Shown here in pieces: positions 40,640-49,148 of a stretch of DNA of 64,000 bases. The notes under the pieces are model-generated. The model worked only from the letters and a program-made list of their open reading frames with translations, was not told the DNA's origin and ran no database searches. The position numbers and the translations under genes were made by a program. Each line of letters begins with the position of its first letter. Within the stretch, counting starts at the first letter, position 1. This stretch comes from Acidaminobacteraceae bacterium (GTDB lineage Bacteria > Bacillota > Clostridia > Peptostreptococcales > Acidaminobacteraceae): contig JBHAZV010000006.1 in the NCBI GenBank assembly GCA_041781135.1, positions 8,276 to 72,275 on the forward strand. Direction: 5' to 3'.

Positions 40640-40664
40640 ATACTTTTTTATAGGAGGTTTCGAG

Positions 40665-41453
40665 ATGGAAACAAAAGACTACTTAACAAATTATTATGAG
40701 AGGTATGATGAGAACGGTCGTCTTATCTCCAAACACGGTATGGTGGAGTATCTTACCACTATGAAATATGTGGAAAAGTATCTCAAACCCAATATGCGAA
40801 TCTTGGAGATCGGCGCAGCAACAGGTCGATATAGTCACGCCTTAGCACAGAAAGGTTATCGAGTGGATGCGGTCGAATTAGTTGAGCATAATATCGAAAT
40901 CTTCAAACAAAACACCATCGAAGGCGAACCCGTCACAATCACACAAGGTAATGCTATGGATCTATCTGCTTTTGAAAGCGACACTTATGACATTACTCTG
41001 TTGCTCGGTCCGATGTATCATTTATTCACAAAAGAGGATAAGTTAAAAGCCTTATCAGAAGCTATCCGAGTCACAAAGAAAGGCGGTATAATTTTTGCTG
41101 CTTATTGTATGGGTGATGCAAGCGTTTTGTCATACGGTTTTATTCGTGGCGAAATCTACAACATTATTGAAAAATGTATGCTTAATACAGAAACATTTGA
41201 TACCTTCTCAAATCCGTGGGACATATTTGAGTTACACAGAAAGGAAGATACTGATGATCTCCGTTCGGAGTTCAATGTTACTCAGCTTCACTTTGTTGCT
41301 TCAGATGGCTACACAAATCATATGAGAGAAACCGTAGACCAAATGGATGACCGAATGTACGAACTATATCTAAAGTATCATCTTGCAATTTGCGAAAGAC
41401 AAGATATGATTGGTTACTCTCATCACACACTTGATATATTTAGAAAGGAATAG
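40665..41453 (+). CDS. Class I SAM-dependent methyltransferase
   Basis: 262 aa. Motif I is ILEIGAATGRYS. SD is AGGAGG. Confidence 0.8.
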   Translation: METKDYLTNYYERYDENGRLISKHGMVEYLTTMKYVEKYLKPNMRILEIGAATGRYSHALAQKGYRVDAVELVEHNIEIFKQNTIEGEPVTITQGNAMDLSAFESDTYDITLLLGPMYHLFTKEDKLKALSEAIRVTKKGGIIFAAYCMGDASVLSYGFIRGEIYNIIEKCMLNTETFDTFSNPWDIFELHRKEDTDDLRSEFNVTQLHFVASDGYTNHMRETVDQMDDRMYELYLKYHLAICERQDMIGYSHHTLDIFRKE

Positions 41454-41458
41454 AAAAA

Positions 41459-41941
41459 ATGAACATAAATATACGAAACGCTGTCATAGATGATTGCGAG
41501 CGTATTCGCCCGCTTCAAAAAGAAATCGCAGACTTACACCATAAAGGCAGACCTGATTTGTTCAAAACCGAAGCTCGCTACTTTACAAAGGAAGCATTTA
41601 CAGAACGGTTAAATGATCCGAAACACACCATCTACATTGCCGAAACTGATAATGGCAATGTAGTAGGATATGCTTTTGCTTGGATTGTATCTTACAGAAA
41701 TCACTCTACATACATTGACTTTGACTGTTTCTACATTGATGATATTTGTGTCCTAAAATCTCATCAGAGAAACGGGATAGGAAAACAACTTTTCGAGTGT
41801 TGTAAGCAAAAAGCTCAAGAAAAGAAATGTAAAATGATCGAACTTGGCGTTTGGGGATTTAATAAGGATGCGATTGCATTTTATGAGAATTGCGGAATGA
41901 CAGACCGTATCCGCAGAATGGAATACAGATTGGAGGACTAA
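41459..41941 (+). CDS. GNAT-family N-acetyltransferase
   Basis: 160 aa. Acetyl-CoA motif HQRNGIGKQL. Confidence 0.8.
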   Translation: MNINIRNAVIDDCERIRPLQKEIADLHHKGRPDLFKTEARYFTKEAFTERLNDPKHTIYIAETDNGNVVGYAFAWIVSYRNHSTYIDFDCFYIDDICVLKSHQRNGIGKQLFECCKQKAQEKKCKMIELGVWGFNKDAIAFYENCGMTDRIRRMEYRLED

Positions 41942-41944
41942 AAA

Positions 41945-42010
41945 ATGATTACACATAAAGGAACACAAACTATACATACAGAAAGACTTATATTACGAAA
42001 ATTTACCTAA
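41945..42010 (+). pseudogene. 21-codon 5' stub of a second GNAT (RimJ/RimL-type) gene
   Basis: MITHKGTQTIHTERLILRKFT*. The TERLILRKF opening is characteristic of that family, and it stops abruptly at the island edge. Confidence 0.45.
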
Positions 42011-42078
42011 AAATATCTGCTTTTCATTTGTAATCCCTCCTTTGACTTTATTATATAAGGAAGAACACTCTTTCTCAA
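42007..42078 (-). promoter_or_regulatory. Orphan promoter + SD + 6-codon stub (TTGAGA-17-TATAAT, AGGAGG, ATG AAA AGC AGA TAT TTT TAG)
   Basis: -35 rc at 42073-42078, -10 rc at 42050-42055, SD rc at 42036-42041, ATG 42027, stop at 42007-42009. It looks like the head of a gene cut off by the island. Confidence 0.5.
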
Positions 42079-42084
42079 ATGTGC

Positions 42085-42122
42085 AAAAAAATAAGGCTCT
42101 AACCAATTAAGGTTAAAGCCTT
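42085..42122 (-). terminator. Intrinsic terminator downstream of lysS
   Basis: Stem AAGGCTTTAACC/GGTTAGAGCCTT (one mismatch), followed on the minus strand by A-U7. Confidence 0.7.
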
Positions 42123-42140
42123 ATAATGAAAACTATTTGT

Positions 42141-42223
42141 GTTTACGACAGCGGTTTGTCGTAAGGTTCAAGAAGGGTTCAAAAATTCATTTGTCGTAAA
42201 TTTGTCGTAAACCCGCTGACGTG
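42141..42223. repeat. Iteron-like array: 3 direct TTTGTCGTAA + 1 inverted copy, 2 x GGTTCAA, bracketed by an ACG(A/T)CAGCGG inverted repeat
   Basis: Direct copies at 42155-42164, 42190-42199 and 42201-42210. Inverted copy GTTTACGACA at 42141-42150. CAGCGG at 42149-42154 pairs with CCGCTG at 42213-42218. Confidence 0.75.
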
Positions 42224-42283
42224 TTTCATTTTTGAATTAACAAAACGCCGCAAACGCTGCCAAAACCTGATTTTTGTGGGTTT

Positions 42284-43753
42284 TTAGTCTGCGAGGGGCT
42301 TCATTGTAGGGAAAGGAATAATCTCGCGAATGCTCGGTTTGCCGGTCAGTATCATAACAACCCTGTCCACACCTATGCCGAGCCCCCCTGTCGGCGGAAG
42401 CCCTACTTCGATTGCATTCAAAAAGTCGTAATCCATTACATGCGCCTCTTCGTCGCCGAGAGCCCTCTCCCGCTCCTGCGCTTCAAACCTGCTTCTCTGA
42501 TCGATCGGGTCATTTAGCTCCGAAAATCCATTTGCAATTTCCATCTTTGCCGCAAATGCCTCAAATCTATTGGTATACTCCGGATGCTCCGGATTGCGCT
42601 TTGCAAGCGGCGAAATTTCGACAGGATGATGCAGAACAAACGTAGGCTGTTCGAGATCCCCCTCGCAAAACTCCTCAAAAGCGAGCGAAACAAGATGCCC
42701 TCGCGTCATATGCGGTTTTATATCGAGATTGAGCTTATCCTTTGCTATTGCACGCGCCTCTTCGTCGGTAGCAAACCCGTAGAAATCCACTCCGGTTTTT
42801 TCTTCAACCATCTTGTGCATACTGACGCGCTTCCAAGGAGGAGTAAAATCGAGAGTCATTCCCTCGTATTCTGCAATCATGGAGCCGTTTACCTCCAAAC
42901 AGGCGCGAGATACACTCTGTTCAGTTATTTCAATCATATATTCGTAATTGCGGTAAGCTGCATAAAGCTCCACGCTCGTATATTCAGGATGATGCTTGTA
43001 CGAAACTCCCTCGTTTCTGAACATCTTACCCATCTCAAAAACCTTGTCAAAACCGCCCACAATAAGTCTTTTCAAGTAGAGCTCATTGGCTATGCGCATA
43101 TACATATCGATATCATATGCATTATGATGGGTGACAAAAGGTTTGGCATTCGCACCGCCGGCTATTACGCTGAGAACAGGCGTTTCAACCTCGAGGAATC
43201 CCTCGCTCACGAAGTATTTTTTCATGGCGGCCATTATCGCAAATCGCTTGATAAGATTTGTCCTGACATCGGGATTGACAATCATATCCACATACCTCTG
43301 ACGATACCTCGTCTCGACATCCCTTAGACCATGATACTTTTCGGGCAAAATCTGCAAAGATTTTGTAAGGAGCTGCACTTCCTCAGCCTTGACAGAAATC
43401 TCATTTTTCTGGGTCCTGAATACCTCGCCCCGAACGCCTACAATATCGCCGATGTCATAGGTCTTGAATACATCGTATTCTTCATCACCGATGGCATCGC
43501 GCCTCACATAGCTCTGTATCCTGCCAGTGGAATCCTGTATATCGATGAAGGAAGTCTTTCCCATATGCCTGTTCGCCATTATTCTTCCTGCTATCGCGAC
43601 AGTCTTGCCTTCAAAATCATCGAATTTATCAACTATATCTTTTGCAAAAGCAGTGCGGTCATATTTATCCACCCTATGCGGATCTCTCCCCATTTCCTGC
43701 AATTTTAACAGTTTTTCCCTTCTGATTTTGAGAATTTCGTTTAAGTTTTCCAT
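42284..43753 (-). CDS. lysS: Lysine--tRNA ligase (class II)
   Basis: 489 aa with an OB-fold N-domain and class II motifs (FRNEG, GGLGIGVDRVVM). Confidence 0.95.
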   Translation of the reverse strand: MENLNEILKIRREKLLKLQEMGRDPHRVDKYDRTAFAKDIVDKFDDFEGKTVAIAGRIMANRHMGKTSFIDIQDSTGRIQSYVRRDAIGDEEYDVFKTYDIGDIVGVRGEVFRTQKNEISVKAEEVQLLTKSLQILPEKYHGLRDVETRYRQRYVDMIVNPDVRTNLIKRFAIMAAMKKYFVSEGFLEVETPVLSVIAGGANAKPFVTHHNAYDIDMYMRIANELYLKRLIVGGFDKVFEMGKMFRNEGVSYKHHPEYTSVELYAAYRNYEYMIEITEQSVSRACLEVNGSMIAEYEGMTLDFTPPWKRVSMHKMVEEKTGVDFYGFATDEEARAIAKDKLNLDIKPHMTRGHLVSLAFEEFCEGDLEQPTFVLHHPVEISPLAKRNPEHPEYTNRFEAFAAKMEIANGFSELNDPIDQRSRFEAQERERALGDEEAHVMDYDFLNAIEVGLPPTGGLGIGVDRVVMILTGKPSIREIIPFPTMKPLAD

Positions 43754-43818
43754 ACTCCCTCCAAATTGGCCTATAAACCATTAATCAATTATACCCATCA
43801 TAATCAACTGATGCAAGG

Positions 43819-44925
43819 TCAATAAACAAGCACGCTCTCTCCATCTATAAGCTCGCTGTTGATATACTCCGCCTCGCTCTCGGGTATTGTGATGAGCTCC
43901 GGCACTCCGTCGCTTATATAGCGAAGCTCCGGTTTTTCAGAATAGACATCGAGCCACCAAGTCATCTGGAATTCATCTTCGCCACACTGTACCCTGTTTA
44001 TTCCCGCAGGATTCAAACCCTTTGTATAAAGCGGCCAGGTGGGCCTCCATCCGACCAGAAGCAAAACTTTGTTTTCGTATGCAGTATCTTCGTACACGCC
44101 GCTTACGGCATATTCCTCAAGTTCAGGAATCGGCGAAATCCCATAGGGCAGCGCCATGGAGTTCATCTCGATTTTTTCGTAAATATTCCGATAATACCTT
44201 AAATTTCTGCCTATAGTATCCTGAATTTCGTCAGCATTCAGCTGATTCAGATAATCATGCCCGTATGTATGATTTCCAACCTCGTAGCCGTTATCGAGCA
44301 AATATCGCAGCTTCCACTCCAAATGCTCGGATTCCCCAAACGCGCCCGCGTTCAGATAAAAAATGGCATTTCTTCCGAAATCGGGGTACTTCTTGTAAAA
44401 ATCGTCTAAAATACCTACGGCGCAGTCGGGATCAGGGATAAGCTTGCCATCCGAATCCCTCGCTGCCTTAAAATGCGATATATCCCCATCGTCAAACGTC
44501 AAAATCACAGGAGTTGTGCCGGCAGGAACATCTATATTGGAATTGATGTAATCGTCCATGGAAATCGTTCTGAATCCATTTTGGTACAATATTTCCAAGT
44601 CTTGCTTAAAACTTTCGACAGAACGGTCATAATCTATATTCTCGGCGCCTATCCGGTGATACATCAGCACCATTATTTCCCCAAGCTCGTTCGGCGCAAA
44701 TCCTTCGCCATTAATCTTTTCGAGCACATTTTTTTTATGCGCGTCAAGAGTTACAGAAGTCGTTTCGGTTTCAGAGGAAACCGAAGTCTGCGGAGGCGGG
44801 GTGGTAATAATTACAGTTGGTTCACCGCCAGGGCGATCTAAAACAAAATGCCTGACAACAAAAAAACCGCCCGCCGCAACGACCACCAACGCTAATATTA
44901 CCAATAAAAATTTACCGTAATTCAT
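43819..44925 (-). CDS. Polysaccharide deacetylase (NodB-family) membrane-anchored protein
   Basis: N-terminal TM. Motifs VILTFDDGDISHF and GNHTYGHDYL. Confidence 0.8.
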   Translation of the reverse strand: MNYGKFLLVILALVVVAAGGFFVVRHFVLDRPGGEPTVIITTPPPQTSVSSETETTSVTLDAHKKNVLEKINGEGFAPNELGEIMVLMYHRIGAENIDYDRSVESFKQDLEILYQNGFRTISMDDYINSNIDVPAGTTPVILTFDDGDISHFKAARDSDGKLIPDPDCAVGILDDFYKKYPDFGRNAIFYLNAGAFGESEHLEWKLRYLLDNGYEVGNHTYGHDYLNQLNADEIQDTIGRNLRYYRNIYEKIEMNSMALPYGISPIPELEEYAVSGVYEDTAYENKVLLLVGWRPTWPLYTKGLNPAGINRVQCGEDEFQMTWWLDVYSEKPELRYISDGVPELITIPESEAEYINSELIDGESVLVY

Positions 44926-45947
44926 CCTTCCCCCATTTTCAAGTATTCGAGCGCCTTACGCATTTCGGCTTCGGTAGACGCCTCGTTTATCTGCCTGCGA
45001 ACAGCGGCCGCGCCCGGCACAGACTTCATATACCACGACGCGTGCTTGCGCATTTCGAGCACGGCCCTTTTGCCCTTGTATTCAAGCAATTTGTCAAAGT
45101 GCAGGCACGCCGCTTCATAGCGGGACATAATGCTCAAATCAGGCTCTTCGCCTATGCGCGCCACAGCACGCATACCGATACAATCACTGATGAATTCACC
45201 GGTATAATCACTCGGCGATCCTTCTGCGCTCTCGTAAAGAATTCTTTCTACCTCGCCAAGCAGCCACGGATGACCCATTGCAGCCCTTCCAATCATCACT
45301 CCGTCGCATCCGGTCTCCATGACCATGCTCCGAGCATCCTGCACGGAGCGAATGTCGCCATTTCCTATTACAGGAATTTTTAGAGTATTCTTCAGCTTTC
45401 TGATATAACTCCAATCTGCGCTGCCACCGAACCCCTGTGCTCTCGTCCTGCCGTGAAGGCACACTCTTGCAGCTCCTGCAGCCTCGCACATCCTGCCAAA
45501 ATCGATGCAATTTATTGAAGACGAGTCCCAACCAAGCCTGAACTTTACCGATATCGGTTTATTTAATACCTCCACCGCCGTGCGTATAAAGCGCTCCGCC
45601 GAAGCGATGTCGCGCATCATCACTGCGCCGCCGCCGCTGGAAAGCACCTTGGGAGCAGGGCAACCGCAGTTTATATCAAATCCTGCAACATCCTGGGCGT
45701 TTAACGAATCTGCGACAGCTCTAAGCACCTCCGTGGAACTACCGAAAATCTGGCACACATCGTCCGGCTGCGCCTCTAAAATTTCGTAAGTCTTAAAATT
45801 TCCATTGTAGAGAGCGTTTATCGAAACCATTTCCGTAAACGCTGTTCCGTTAAAAAATAATCTGCAAACTTCCCTAAACGCTCTATCCGTGACTCCCGCA
45901 AGCGGCGCGAGATATGTGGTGGGATTTTTGCTGAAAAAACCTCCCAC
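44922..45947 (-). CDS. tRNA-dihydrouridine synthase
   Basis: 341 aa. Motifs: LAPLAGVTD, FDINCGCPAPKV, HGRTR. Confidence 0.85.
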   Translation of the reverse strand: MGGFFSKNPTTYLAPLAGVTDRAFREVCRLFFNGTAFTEMVSINALYNGNFKTYEILEAQPDDVCQIFGSSTEVLRAVADSLNAQDVAGFDINCGCPAPKVLSSGGGAVMMRDIASAERFIRTAVEVLNKPISVKFRLGWDSSSINCIDFGRMCEAAGAARVCLHGRTRAQGFGGSADWSYIRKLKNTLKIPVIGNGDIRSVQDARSMVMETGCDGVMIGRAAMGHPWLLGEVERILYESAEGSPSDYTGEFISDCIGMRAVARIGEEPDLSIMSRYEAACLHFDKLLEYKGKRAVLEMRKHASWYMKSVPGAAAVRRQINEASTEAEMRKALEYLKMGEG

Positions 45948-46744
45948 TAAAACACTTCTCCTATCCTGCCGCGCGTTTTTTTGGAATTCATATGGTAGAG
46001 AATATTTAATCCGTCAAGAGTAAGATTTTTATCTATGACGTCTATTTCCAGGCTGCCCTCGCTGATGAGAGTGGAAAAACCGCCGGTGGCGATAACCTTG
46101 GCATCTCCGCCGAGCTCCTCTTTCATCTTTTTGACAATGCAATCCACGCTTCCTACATAACCGAAGAAAATCCCCGCCTGAACGCTCTGGTTTGTATTTG
46201 TGCAAATAACCTTGTCCATCTTCATAAGCTCTACACGCGTGAGCTTTGCAGCCTTTTCATACAAGGCTTCGGCAGATATCTGAATGCCAGGTATTATCGA
46301 GCCGCCGAGATATTCAGAATTAGCGCTTATCGCACAAAAAGTCGTAGCAGTTCCGAAATCGACGATTATAAGCGGCGCGCCGTATTTTTTTACGCCGGCA
46401 ACAGCATTTACAATCCTGTCCGCCCCGACCTGCTTAGGATTTTCGTATTTTACATGTATGCCGGTTTTTGTTCCCGGTCCGATAACCATCGGCTCCATAC
46501 CGAAGTATTTTTGAGTCATATGCAGAACCGAATACATTACCTGAGGCACCACCGAAGAAATTACAATATCGGATATCTGTTTCTTGTTTATTCCCTCGTT
46601 CTGCAAAAACTGATAAATAATTATACCGAGTTCATCCGCCGTCCTGCGGCTGTTTGTCTGCACCCTCCAATTTGCAATCAGTTCGTCGCCTTTGTACACC
46701 CCGACAACGATATTTGTATTTCCTATATCAAGCAGTAATAACAT
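45947..46744 (-). CDS. coaX: Type III pantothenate kinase
   Basis: 265 aa. Motifs LLLDIGNTN, VDFGTATT and GGFS. Confidence 0.9.
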   Translation of the reverse strand: MLLLLDIGNTNIVVGVYKGDELIANWRVQTNSRRTADELGIIIYQFLQNEGINKKQISDIVISSVVPQVMYSVLHMTQKYFGMEPMVIGPGTKTGIHVKYENPKQVGADRIVNAVAGVKKYGAPLIIVDFGTATTFCAISANSEYLGGSIIPGIQISAEALYEKAAKLTRVELMKMDKVICTNTNQSVQAGIFFGYVGSVDCIVKKMKEELGGDAKVIATGGFSTLISEGSLEIDVIDKNLTLDGLNILYHMNSKKTRGRIGEVF

Positions 46745-46776
46745 TTATCTCCTTTATAACTTCCGCTCCGCAAAAA

Positions 46777-48288
46777 CTAAGCCGCCAGTTCATACACAAA
46801 CCCGACAGGCTCGCCGTAATTATGATAAAAATCGTCGATAATCGGTTCGAGTGGATCGCCATACCAGTCGTGACCTTCCCTGAAGTAGTCAAAACGATGA
46901 TCATTTGATAATACATCGAGTTCCATATTAAAGTATTCGCTTACAGGCGCTAACGACTTAAAAATGCCATCGCGAAGCTCGTTTTTATTATCCCATGTAG
47001 AATCCACAACCATCCATTTCCCATTTACAAACACGACATTCCAGGCATGATTGTTGGTATCGACATCGAATTGATCGGTCATCGCATTGTGTCTGATCGG
47101 TCCCACCACTTTTGTAGCAGGAATGCCCTGAATTCTGCACATATCCGTCAGCAATATGGACATCCCCCAGCACTGAGTAAAGCGATGTAAGATTATTAGG
47201 GCGCTGGTATCAACGTTGAAACCTTCTTGCTCGCCCCCGCCGAGATCCTTGTAATCAAAGTTATAGTATACATGGCGAGCTATCCAGTCGTGCATTGCGC
47301 GGACCTTTTCATAATCGGTTGTAAGCCCTTTGCATATCTCATCTGACAGTTTCCTTATGGCAGTATACTCCTCCTGACTGAGCTGCGCTTTGCTGAGATA
47401 GTACTCAGGTGCAAGCAGAGAATTGTATACTTCATAATTGTTTTCCACAGCATCGGACTTCTTAAATACCAATTTGCCGTTCACTCTTTCAATATTAATA
47501 ACTCCGTCGTAAATGCTGTTAAAAATATACAAATCTTCATTCTCCGAATCGTTCGACCGCACATCTATGTACACCTTGTAGCTTCTATTGCCGTTTATAT
47601 CAAAATATCCACTGAACGACTTGTCTGATTGGAACTTATGATAACCAGAGTTGCCGTCATGCACGATTTCATTCTCTATGTACAATTCCTCAGTATCACT
47701 AAGGATATGCGGAATAACATACACATTAATATAATTGGCGTCGTAATATGAAAGCATGCCCTCGTAGTAAACTCGATTGCCTCTTATTACAAGTTTAAAA
47801 TAATTGTTTTGATCGAGACTAGTGATCAGATAATTATCATAAAGCAAACCCGGAATCAAAGGCTTTGAGCCATCCGAAGTCATTCCGACCGCTTGGATAT
47901 CGCCATCCCAGACGACTTTCACGCCAAATGCCTCGCTTACTGCGCGCAAAGGAACGAGAGTCCTCCCACCATTTATTACAGGAGCAACATCGATTTCGGC
48001 AGCTTTTCCGTTGATATACATCGTATTGCTACCAATTGCAAGCTTTACGTTAAGATCGTTGCCACCATCGGCAGTTATGCTTCTTGTATCGGCATCCCAG
48101 GTTACTTCTGCGCCTAATTTTTCAAATATTGCCCTCATCGGAACCATCGTCCTGCCATCGATGATCATCGGCTCGACATCAAATTCCATTTTTTTGCCGT
48201 TCATGTACACGTCAATTGCAAATATCGGAGCTGCAAGTACGACCAGCACTACCAAAATAACCGTGACCCTTAGCATTAACTTTTTCAT
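46777..48288 (-). CDS. Secreted protein: 2 copper-amine-oxidase-N-like (stalk) repeats + transglutaminase-like core
   Basis: ORF 46777..48384. ATG 48288 follows AGGGGG (signal MKKLMLRVTVILVVLVVLAAPIFA). Repeats GRTMVPMRAIFE and GRTLVPLRAVSE. Catalytic-like C/H/D in QCWGMS, NHAWNVV, VDSTWD. Confidence 0.7.
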   Translation of the reverse strand: MKKLMLRVTVILVVLVVLAAPIFAIDVYMNGKKMEFDVEPMIIDGRTMVPMRAIFEKLGAEVTWDADTRSITADGGNDLNVKLAIGSNTMYINGKAAEIDVAPVINGGRTLVPLRAVSEAFGVKVVWDGDIQAVGMTSDGSKPLIPGLLYDNYLITSLDQNNYFKLVIRGNRVYYEGMLSYYDANYINVYVIPHILSDTEELYIENEIVHDGNSGYHKFQSDKSFSGYFDINGNRSYKVYIDVRSNDSENEDLYIFNSIYDGVINIERVNGKLVFKKSDAVENNYEVYNSLLAPEYYLSKAQLSQEEYTAIRKLSDEICKGLTTDYEKVRAMHDWIARHVYYNFDYKDLGGGEQEGFNVDTSALIILHRFTQCWGMSILLTDMCRIQGIPATKVVGPIRHNAMTDQFDVDTNNHAWNVVFVNGKWMVVDSTWDNKNELRDGIFKSLAPVSEYFNMELDVLSNDHRFDYFREGHDWYGDPLEPIIDDFYHNYGEPVGFVYELAA

Positions 48289-48392
48289 TTTAGCCCCCTT
48301 TCTCTTATAATCAATATTATACACCAAAACCCGATAATTTTTTGATAAAATCAAAAGCGCCGCCCAATCGGCAGGGGTTAACACAGAAAAAT

Positions 48393-48467
48393 CACATATC
48401 TAAGTAATATCTGTCTAAGCCTTATCTGTCCAAACCGTATCTGTCTAAACAATATCTATCTGAGCCT
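48393..48467. repeat. Five tandem 15-bp repeats (consensus TATCTGTCTAAnCCn)
   Basis: Units at 48393, 48408, 48423, 48438 and 48453: cacaTATCTAAGTAA / TATCTGTCTAAGCCT / TATCTGTCCAAACCG / TATCTGTCTAAACAA / TATCTATCTGAGCCT. The last unit overlaps the metI stop codon. Confidence 0.8.
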
Positions 48468-49148
48468 TTTATCCATTCGCTTTGCAAGCCTGTCGCCTAT
48501 CGCCTGAACCGCAAATACCAGCAAAACGAGCGCAATCACAGCAAAGATCATAACAAGAGTCTTGTAACGGTAATAACCATAATTTATTGCTATCTTTCCA
48601 AGGCCTCCGCCTCCTATTATTCCGCTCATTGCAGAGTATCCAAGTATAGTAGTAAAGGCAATAGTAGTTCCGGAAATAAGAGAAGGCACGCTTTCGGGTA
48701 CAAGAACCCTTGCGACTATCTGAAAAGGCGATGCTCCCATACTCTGCGCAGCCTCTACTATATTGGGATCGACCTCCCGTATCGACGACTCCACGAGTCT
48801 GGCAACAAACGGAAATGACGCTATCACTAATGGCACGATGGATGCAAATGTTCCGACCGCAGTACTTGCTATAAGCCTTGTCAGAGGCACTGCAAGCATC
48901 ATTATTATTAAAAACGGCACCGATCTCAAAAGATTTATTAAAGAGCCGACAAACGCGAGAATCGGTCTTGGTACTCTAAGCAAATCGCCTGCTGCAAGGA
49001 GCAGACCTATCGGCATACCGATGATCAGAGAAAATAAAGTTGAAAGTAATGTGACATAAACCGTCTCATATATTGCAAGCGGAAACTCTCTGACAAGTAT
49101 GTCGAATGCTTCTACAACATTCTTTTCTGCAAATACATTTTGAATCAT
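48456..49148 (-). CDS. metI: Methionine ABC transporter permease
   Basis: 230 aa. MetI-like N-terminus and an EAA-type loop (VEAAQSMGASPFQIV). Confidence 0.85.
   Translation of the reverse strand: MIQNVFAEKNVVEAFDILVREFPLAIYETVYVTLLSTLFSLIIGMPIGLLLAAGDLLRVPRPILAFVGSLINLLRSVPFLIIMMLAVPLTRLIASTAVGTFASIVPLVIASFPFVARLVESSIREVDPNIVEAAQSMGASPFQIVARVLVPESVPSLISGTTIAFTTILGYSAMSGIIGGGGLGKIAINYGYYRYKTLVMIFAVIALVLLVFAVQAIGDRLAKRMDKRLR

Noticed and set aside
48393-48467. Possible CRISPR array.
   Set aside because: The repeats are only 15 bp and directly abut one another with no spacers. No cas genes are present in the window.
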